A stretch of DNA of 64,000 nucleotides, taken from NCBI GenBank assembly GCA_015063185.1, contig SUSY01000006.1:2703-66702 (forward strand), written 5' to 3'. The notes below the pieces were generated by a model, which ran no database searches, was not told where the DNA came from, and saw only the letters and a program-made list of their open reading frames with translations. Of the stretch, positions 63,921 through 64,000 are shown piece after piece. A program made the position numbers and the translations under genes. The stretch is from Thermoplasmata archaeon. GTDB lineage: Archaea; Thermoplasmatota; Thermoplasmata; Methanomassiliicoccales; Methanomethylophilaceae. Numbering within the stretch: position 1 is the stretch's first letter; every line of letters begins with the position of its first letter.

Positions 63921-64000
63921 GTCAATACACTCCTGCGATAGGTTTGTTGGTGAGTCCTGATGTCATGGTGATTGGTATAATCGCATAGGGGTATCTGGCA

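Noticed and set aside
1-64000. Search for CRISPR arrays, rRNA genes, and Pyl-type (TAG-interrupted) methylamine methyltransferase genes.
   Set aside because: I noticed no regularly spaced direct repeats, no rRNA-like conserved segments, and no adjacent same-frame ORF pairs split by a single TAG while reading the window. This is an eye-scan only, so short or degenerate arrays could have been missed.

Overview
The window looks like archaeal chromosome from a methanogen. My guess is a Thermoplasmata or Methanomassiliicoccales-like methyl-reducing lineage; this is an inference from gene content and was not checked against any database. All calls come from reading the ORF track and the sequence, with motifs recalled from memory.

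**Overall layout**
- Positions 1 to about 54.9 kb are gene-dense core genome. On two sampled 60-nt lines I counted 58% and 62% GC.
- This part carries translation and RNA-processing genes: rtcB, aRF1, argS, a DEAD-box helicase, dtdA, RNase P RNA and three tRNAs, one with an intron.
- It also carries nucleotide and amino-acid metabolism genes (argF, pyrH, purP, adk, pdaD), a RecJ-like nuclease cluster, and methanogenesis genes.

**Methanogenesis loci**
1. A corrinoid protein, a hydantoinase-like ATPase and an MT2 methyltransferase lie together, with no substrate-specific MT1 methyltransferase in the window.
2. A contiguous, translationally coupled run atwA(A2)-mcrC-mmp3-mmp6-mmp5-mmp15-mmp17-mmp7 forms the methyl-coenzyme M reductase (MCR) activation machinery. 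An unexpected GIY-YIG/DUF123-like ninth gene is attached to its end.
3. hdrC-hdrB are present.

**Low-GC tract**
- Immediately after an intron-containing tRNA-Met(CAT) at 54776-54883 the composition drops. I counted 37-42% GC on three sampled lines, and this lasts to the window end.
- This tract carries transporters, a BspA-type LRR protein, MarR, a decayed TnpB (IS200/IS605) remnant, a T4 Rnl1-like RNA ligase and a YegP protein. It looks like a tRNA-flanked acquired island.

**Other points**
- I found no CRISPR array, no rRNA and no TAG-interrupted (Pyl) gene.
- GC-rich 7-bp hairpins recur just after stop codons, and a shared 3' motif follows three highly codon-biased genes.
- The most interesting candidates for new biology are the MT1-less corrinoid module with its orphan ASKHA ATPase, the unassigned members and extra nuclease-like gene of the MCR-activation operon, and the Rnl1-type ligase in the island.
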